Source: a virus (taxonomy: Duplodnaviria > Caudoviricetes). From it: a DNA stretch of 62,440 nucleotides. The DNA is taken from positions 1 through 62,440 of IMG/VR virus record IMGVR_UViG_3300009026_000010; one strand, 5' to 3'. Position numbers and translations under genes: made by a program. Shown here piece by piece: positions 56,682 through 62,440 of the stretch; the stretch's first letter is position 1, and each line of letters begins with the position of its first letter. The notes under the pieces were generated by a model that saw nothing but the letters and a program-made list of their open reading frames with translations, had not been told where the DNA came from and made no database searches.

Positions 56682-57722
56682 TTACACGAAGTCGCCTCGG
56701 GCAACAGCAAGTTCCTCTTCACTGATGTTGTCCAAATCTTTTAGTGTCCGAACTGTCTTCACAGCAGCAGTATCCGTAGTACCTGCTTTAGACAAATCCG
56801 GCGCTTGTGAAGTTACTGCTGCGGCCGTACGACGCTTACCTTCAGCTTGCCGTGTTGCACGAGTTTCGTCGCCAAGTTTAGGTTCCGCAGGACTTGCAGG
56901 GGCTTCTTTAGCTTCGCCGAGCACATACTTCACTGCTTTACGCATAGCTACTGACTTACTTGGGCTGGTCTGCAGAAGACCTGCATACAGATCGTTAATC
57001 TCTGCCACCAGATCAGCATTATAACTATCATCGTTCTTATCAAGTTCCGGGTGCTCAGTAGTAATCTCGGTGATAGTACTCGCAAACTCCCTGTTCTCGA
57101 AACGCTCTTCCACGATAGCTTCAGCTTCGGCCGAAGACTCCAGACGAGCAATCTTACGATCTACGCCACGGAGCTGAGACAACAGAGTCTCGGCTTTCTC
57201 AGGGTCAGAGTTGAGAGCTGCGTGATACTCTTTCTCAAGCTTGGCAGCTGTAGTCTCCAACTCAGTGAGCTGTTCCGCTACCTGCTTGTCGCCGGTCTTT
57301 TTCTCAAGCTGCCGTTGTAGAGCCGCTTTCTCGTCTAAGAGTTGCTGGATTCGGCGCTCGGCACGCGAAGGTTTCTTAGCGCCCTTGTCCTGATCCTTGC
57401 CTTCCTTGCTATCCGCGCCCTTGTCTTCATCCTCGGCTTCGACATCATCCTCTCCCTCTTCTTTGGCTGTGTCTTCTACTTTACCGGACTTGGCTGGGGC
57501 TTTTTCGGTGGGCTTGGCGGCGGCTTTTTCTTCTTCCTTCGCATCCTCAATAAGTTTGCGTGTGGCATCAGTGTCCGACTCTTCAGAGAACAGAGAAGGG
57601 TCGAAATCGTGTCCGTAATCAACATCGCCACCATCGTCAGTGCTCCCTGTGTTTCCCGGAAGGTCTGCGCCTTCTTCAGCGGGGGCCATATAGATAGTGT
57701 TCAGGAGTTTATTTCTTAACAT
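56682..57722 (-). CDS. capsid scaffolding protein
   Basis: Acidic, disordered N-terminus plus coiled coil; between portal and MCP; GGAG SD before ATG 57722. Confidence 0.8.
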   Translation of the reverse strand: MLRNKLLNTIYMAPAEEGADLPGNTGSTDDGGDVDYGHDFDPSLFSEESDTDATRKLIEDAKEEEKAAAKPTEKAPAKSGKVEDTAKEEGEDDVEAEDEDKGADSKEGKDQDKGAKKPSRAERRIQQLLDEKAALQRQLEKKTGDKQVAEQLTELETTAAKLEKEYHAALNSDPEKAETLLSQLRGVDRKIARLESSAEAEAIVEERFENREFASTITEITTEHPELDKNDDSYNADLVAEINDLYAGLLQTSPSKSVAMRKAVKYVLGEAKEAPASPAEPKLGDETRATRQAEGKRRTAAAVTSQAPDLSKAGTTDTAAVKTVRTLKDLDNISEEELAVARGDFV

Positions 57723-59850
57723 TGGCCGATTCTCCGGTCTGTTTGGTTTTTTCAGCAATACGCGCTTTCACACGTTCGGTAACAGCGTCGAGACGAATCT
57801 TCTCGCGCTCAACTTCCAACTTCCGCTCTTCCAGAGCCAACTTCCGTTCTTCCAAGGCGAACTTCCGTTCCTCGGTACGCTCAGCAGCTTCCAGACGTTG
57901 TTTCTCGATGATAGTACGTGCTTGGTCAGGTGTCATTTCATCAGCATCCTGAGCTTCCTTCAGGGCTGCTACCTGCTTCTGCTCAGCCTGAGCACTCTTG
58001 TTCGCTGCGTCAGCCTGCAGTCGGTCGTACTCACCACGCTTGGCCAAGACCTCAGCTTCCAGCATATCCAGCTCAAGCTGGCCGCGACGCTGCGCTTCAG
58101 GACTGTTCGCAGCTTCTTCCATGGACTTGATAATGTCCATCTTGTCGAGCAGACGGCTATTCTGTATGAGCACAGAGTCAGGGATCGGGATGTTGTTCTC
58201 GCGCATAGCCAAGGCTTGCTGGAACTGGCTATCTTCCAGAGACTCTTTGGCCGGAGCGCTGTCTACAGTGACCAGATACTCACCCAACGTAAGATCGTTG
58301 GTGATAGAGCCATCTTCACCCACTTCGTTGACTGTGAAGGACTCGTCGGGCTTACCGTCGATACCAGCGATGTACATGACGCGCTCTTCAACGTAGTAGT
58401 TCTGTACGATGCTGAGGATAGCGCGTGCCAAGATGACGTCAGTACGAATCAAGTTATCCAGAATCCGCGCCATGCCGGTGCGGCCTTGGTTCTGGTTCGC
58501 TTCCAGCGCACGGGCTGACACGTCAGCTCTGGCCTCGCCACGCATGTAGTCGGACACACCAAGCGCTTTCAGCATAGCCTCTGCCTTCTGGCTCAGGCGG
58601 TCGATGCCGGTAGGCACTTGGTTCGGCTGAATCTTCTCGATTTCGTCCAGACTGTTCGACATTTCAATGACCAGACCCGTCTCGGCACCACGCACCGACA
58701 GTTCTTCAGTGGTCATATTGGTCATAGCGCCTTTCTTGACCTTCCAGCCGCTGTTTGATGTGGTGTTAACGATATGCAGTTCTTGACTGACGGACTTGTT
58801 CAACAGCTCTTGTACACCGATAAGCTGTTCTACCAGACCGACAGACCGGCCGTTACGGAAGTGAGCGAAGTACGGCACAATAGTGAAGTGCTCGTAGGGA
58901 CTCCACTCATCATGCAGGACAATGTTACAAGCCACAGTAGTCCAACGTATCCGCTTGGCCAGCTTCTGCATGATGGCGATGTCAGGGTTACTGGCTTGGT
59001 ACTCAGCTATACGGTCTTCGTCCCAGTCGTCAGGCACCGGTCGCATGTCGCCGTGACGCAGGTTGACGAAGAACTTCCGCATAGTCAGCATGCGGTATTG
59101 ACGGTCGAATATACGTACGTAAGCTGCCTGCTCGACATCATCGTCAGGCACGCGGCCTTGCAGTTCGTAGGCGCTGGCTACGCGGTCGCGGAGGTCGTCA
59201 GATAGGTCAAGCCCGCCGTCATAGCTGGAAGTGACCTTGGAGCGCAGCTGGTCAGCCTTGTTCTTACCGTACAGAATTTCAACATCGTCGATAGTCAGCC
59301 AGCGAGTCACGCCGACGTCGTTCCAAGTGTCTGGGTCATACTCAGTGGCGTCGGCGTCGATCATGACGTTCTTGGGGTTCAGGCGGGTGACTCGCACTTC
59401 GCCCAGCATATTGTCATCGAATCCGAGTTTGACCTCATAGAAACCGCGACCGGTGATCAGACCGTCTTCGAACACGTCTGAGCGCACCCAAGTGAGGTTG
59501 TTCCCTTGGGAGATATGTTTGAACACTTTGTTGAGTACGTCAGAGGTCTTGTCAGCATTCTTACCGTAGCGCGGGCGATATCGTACTTCGTTGCGGTTGT
59601 TAATCTGCTCACCGAGCATAGTGTCGGTAGTTGTAAGCACAAAGTTCATGGTTACGTGCGGACGGCGCTGGCGGTCGAGCTTCGCTACTGTCTCTTCGTC
59701 CCACTGGTTGCCGAACCAGAAGCGTCCACACTTGTCACTGAGCAGTAAGTACTCAGTGAAGCCGTGGTCACGTAGGTATTCATACCGGTTCCATGTCTGC
59801 TCAGCCAGCTTAGTCTTACTGACTTTCTTCAGTGCTTTGTCCGACGCCAT
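57709..59850 (-). CDS. portal protein with long C-terminal coiled coil
   Basis: GNQW...R..P...N pattern; follows TerL. Confidence 0.9.
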   Translation of the reverse strand: MASDKALKKVSKTKLAEQTWNRYEYLRDHGFTEYLLLSDKCGRFWFGNQWDEETVAKLDRQRRPHVTMNFVLTTTDTMLGEQINNRNEVRYRPRYGKNADKTSDVLNKVFKHISQGNNLTWVRSDVFEDGLITGRGFYEVKLGFDDNMLGEVRVTRLNPKNVMIDADATEYDPDTWNDVGVTRWLTIDDVEILYGKNKADQLRSKVTSSYDGGLDLSDDLRDRVASAYELQGRVPDDDVEQAAYVRIFDRQYRMLTMRKFFVNLRHGDMRPVPDDWDEDRIAEYQASNPDIAIMQKLAKRIRWTTVACNIVLHDEWSPYEHFTIVPYFAHFRNGRSVGLVEQLIGVQELLNKSVSQELHIVNTTSNSGWKVKKGAMTNMTTEELSVRGAETGLVIEMSNSLDEIEKIQPNQVPTGIDRLSQKAEAMLKALGVSDYMRGEARADVSARALEANQNQGRTGMARILDNLIRTDVILARAILSIVQNYYVEERVMYIAGIDGKPDESFTVNEVGEDGSITNDLTLGEYLVTVDSAPAKESLEDSQFQQALAMRENNIPIPDSVLIQNSRLLDKMDIIKSMEEAANSPEAQRRGQLELDMLEAEVLAKRGEYDRLQADAANKSAQAEQKQVAALKEAQDADEMTPDQARTIIEKQRLEAAERTEERKFALEERKLALEERKLEVEREKIRLDAVTERVKARIAEKTKQTGESANVKK

Positions 59851-59860
59851 CTATGTTCTC

Positions 59861-61669
59861 CTAAGCAGACATGTACCCTTCGCCCCGATCCTGCTTGAGC
59901 AATTGTTCAAGTATAAGCTGTTGTGTTGTTTTAACACCATAGTTCGCTTTCTTCCGGCGCTCGGTGAGGGGGATAGGAGGCTGCTTGGTGATGACCAGCT
60001 GCACCATCCATGCCAGTGCGTCCACAATATCATCATGGACGCCGGTAGGGAACCTAAGCATTTCCTCGGATGTCTTGTCAAGCCATGCTGCGTTCTTGGA
60101 GAACGTGACCATGTGCATCTGCATCCGGCCTTGCAGCGGCCTTGCCCGAGCACGTTTGTCAGTCAGCGGCTTCAATAGCTCTACGTTAGGGTATATGTGT
60201 CGCTTCCGGGCTTCAGCAAAGAACAGAGCCGATATCGACTTCCAAATCTGACCATCCTCCACCCCAAGCACGGGGTTGTTGACCTCGTAGCGCTTGAACA
60301 CAGTAAGCAGCGTGTCAACGATCCTGAATGCGTCACCACTCCTGAAACGTATGATGTCGTCGATGTGTATGGTGTCGTTGGGCATGTGTAGACCTACCGC
60401 CACTACAGTCCAGTCAGCCTGAGTCTTCTCGGATATGGCGAAGTCACACGCAATGTAGGCCGTACCGTCAGCTCGTCCATGCCCCGGATCGTACTCGATT
60501 ATCTGGTCACGGCAGAAGAACTCACCATCGTCAGGCACCGGTTTCTGCTGGAAGAGCGCGTTCCAGCTACGTGGGTGCATGTTCGCCTTCATCCGTAGCA
60601 GCAGCTCACGGGGGTAGCGGTCAGGGTGCAGCGCGTCACCCTGCTGACGTACCAGCCGAGCGCCCGGTTCTGGCTCGTTGACCAGCCGGTTGTCGAGGGT
60701 GATGTACTCATCGTCAGTGGCCAGAGCAGCGAAGTTCACCAAGTCCCACTGGTCGATGTAGGTCTGGTCACGTTCCTCATCATTCATCAGAGCCAGCAGT
60801 CGGCCGGACAGGTCATCATCATGCCAGCGGGTGTTAATCACCAACACACCACCGCCCGGTGCCAGACGGGTCTGTGCTACGTCAGTGTACCAGTCCCAAG
60901 TCGTATTCCGTACGGTGTCGGAGTCCGCGTCCTGTCTGTCCTTGAACGGGTCGTCGATGATCAGCATGTGTGCGCCCATACCCGTCACACCCACACCCAC
61001 ACCAGCGGGCTTCATACCGCCGTTTGCCGTGGTACGCCAGCCACTCATGGCTTGGTCCATAGGGTGCAGCTTGGTCTTGGGGAACAGTTCTTGATACTCA
61101 GGGTCTCTCAACAACCCGATAACGTGCTTACTGAAGCCCTCAGCCAGCGTAATACCGTACGACGCAAGGATAATCTCCATATAGGGGTAGTGTCCAAGCG
61201 CGAAAGCAGGCAGCTTCCGGCTGGTCTGCTCTGATTTCCCATGTCGCGGTGGGAAAGTGACCATCAGACGTGGCGATAAGCCTTTGTGGCAGTCTTCCAC
61301 GAACTTTTCCAGCTTCGAAGCAAGCAGTTCGTGGCACCAACCGACCTTGTACTGAGGCGCGAAGTGCTGGATAAACGGCAGGAACCGGCGTCTGGCCAAG
61401 GCACGCTGGGCAAGTACGCGCTCTGCAGCCAGAATCTTGTATTCCAAGCTGTTCTTGGCGATCTTTGCGCGTTTTCCGTTCTCATACTCCACTACAACAT
61501 CAAGACCGAAACGCCCTTCTTCCTCACGCTTATCATCAATCTTGGCTGATGTGACGGGTACACCTACCGGAACCTTCTTCTTTGCTGCTGCCTTGGCTCG
61601 TTTTTCAGCCAACAGCTGCTCCCGGCGCTCGGGAGTCATGGGTTCACGCTTCTTCGGTGTCGTCGCCAT
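59861..61669 (-). CDS. terL: terminase large subunit
   Basis: PPRHGKS, IIDDP, TRWH, nuclease D...HDDIVDAL; GGAGG SD before ATG 61669. Confidence 0.95.
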   Translation of the reverse strand: MATTPKKREPMTPERREQLLAEKRAKAAAKKKVPVGVPVTSAKIDDKREEEGRFGLDVVVEYENGKRAKIAKNSLEYKILAAERVLAQRALARRRFLPFIQHFAPQYKVGWCHELLASKLEKFVEDCHKGLSPRLMVTFPPRHGKSEQTSRKLPAFALGHYPYMEIILASYGITLAEGFSKHVIGLLRDPEYQELFPKTKLHPMDQAMSGWRTTANGGMKPAGVGVGVTGMGAHMLIIDDPFKDRQDADSDTVRNTTWDWYTDVAQTRLAPGGGVLVINTRWHDDDLSGRLLALMNDEERDQTYIDQWDLVNFAALATDDEYITLDNRLVNEPEPGARLVRQQGDALHPDRYPRELLLRMKANMHPRSWNALFQQKPVPDDGEFFCRDQIIEYDPGHGRADGTAYIACDFAISEKTQADWTVVAVGLHMPNDTIHIDDIIRFRSGDAFRIVDTLLTVFKRYEVNNPVLGVEDGQIWKSISALFFAEARKRHIYPNVELLKPLTDKRARARPLQGRMQMHMVTFSKNAAWLDKTSEEMLRFPTGVHDDIVDALAWMVQLVITKQPPIPLTERRKKANYGVKTTQQLILEQLLKQDRGEGYMSA

Positions 61670-62225
61670 CACCAACCTCCTCAAATTCGCCGTCAATGGC
61701 TTCTTCAAGCAGTGAACTGCGCTTGGCGATCAACGCCAACAGGTCTGCATCTGACATTCCTTTGAGTTGACGCTCAATTTCCGTGCCGCCACCGGTTACT
61801 TCAACTTTAACCTTGGTTTCATACATCCCAAGCATCTTCCCAATCTCTCTCCAACCAGCAATCATAGGGGCTGCGTCGGATTGTTGCCGGGCGATACTGA
61901 TAGCATCCTTGAAGCCCTCGATAACTTCCTCCCGAGTGACCTCAGATATCTCCATAGTTCGTTGAATCATGCCGTTGAGCGCTCTTTTTACGCCCGGACG
62001 GCGCATGAGTTGTTTGGCTGCAAGTCCCGGTTCTTCATATCCAGCAAGAAGTGCTGCATCACTTGGGGATTTGCCTTCTGCGATCTTGATACAGAACTTG
62101 CGGACTTGAGGATCGAGTTCTGCAACGCTACGTACTCGTTCAGCTTTGGCTTTGCGCTCTTCTTGCTGCATACGTAACTTTTCTTTCTCAAGTTCGAAGT
62201 GTTCTTTGGAGTATTTCTCGGCCAT
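61644..62225 (-). CDS. terS: terminase small subunit
   Basis: HTH (AALLAGY...A..LM) and EIGKMLGMY; upstream of terL. Confidence 0.85.
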   Translation of the reverse strand: MAEKYSKEHFELEKEKLRMQQEERKAKAERVRSVAELDPQVRKFCIKIAEGKSPSDAALLAGYEEPGLAAKQLMRRPGVKRALNGMIQRTMEISEVTREEVIEGFKDAISIARQQSDAAPMIAGWREIGKMLGMYETKVKVEVTGGGTEIERQLKGMSDADLLALIAKRSSLLEEAIDGEFEEVGDGDDTEEA

Positions 62226-62347
62226 GTGGGAGTCTCGAAGGAAAACTTTGGGTAACTATATACATAAATTTTGCAGAAATCGAAATTAAGCAAGGGGGTG
62301 GGTACTTCGGACTGTATAAATTTATCCTGCAATTATTCATAGGGGGT

Positions 62348-62372
62348 GGGGGGGGGGGGGGGGGGGGGGGGG
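62348..62372. repeat. poly-G tract (25 G), right contig end
   Basis: Seen directly. The following 68 nt resemble a degraded read of positions 83-155. Confidence 0.85.
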
Positions 62373-62440
62373 AAAAAAAATTACTGCCAAAGAGAGGGGG
62401 GGGGGGAAAAAAAAGAAGGAGGATGTATGGTGGAGAACAC

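Noticed and set aside
62373-62440. Terminal sequences outside the G-tracts as real terminal repeats (also 1-51)
   Set aside because: They look like low-quality read-through after a homopolymer, loosely mirroring the opposite end.

Overview
This window appears to be an essentially complete ~62 kb dsDNA tailed-phage genome (Caudoviricetes), probably of podovirus type: no tape measure, major tail or sheath gene is recognisable, and it has two large ejection-type virion proteins. The contig is broken at a long poly-G tract, with low-quality-looking flanks at both ends. The + strand (0.4-29 kb) carries early/host-takeover genes (including ArdB/KlcA antirestriction, an AAA+ ATPase and an Nmad5-like protein) and a replication module (primase/SF3-helicase, PD-(D/E)XK nuclease, SNF2-like helicase, family A DNA polymerase, SSB-like protein, DnaQ-like exonuclease). 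The - strand (62.2-29.1 kb) carries TerS/TerL, portal, scaffold, an N4-gp56-like major capsid, a holin/M15 endolysin/Rz/Rz1 lysis cassette, tail and ejection proteins, and a terminal receptor module. I recognised no integrase or RNA polymerase. The most notable observations are: (1) two diverged, mutually inverted ~320-bp arrays of the octamer TGTTACGA (~2.7-3.0 kb and ~33.7-34.0 kb) lying almost exactly half a genome apart, resembling a bipartite P4 ori/crr-like iteron system; (2) an SGNH esterase tail fibre clustered with a PL7 alginate lyase, a candidate de-acetylate-then-cleave system for bacterial alginate; (3) a hairpin that buries the Shine-Dalgarno of the 2126-aa virion protein, with a promoter inside it; (4) a repeated intergenic module between the first early genes; (5) a structured non-coding region headed by an SD-AUG-UAA minigene. 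All product calls come from motif recognition by eye; no searches were run.
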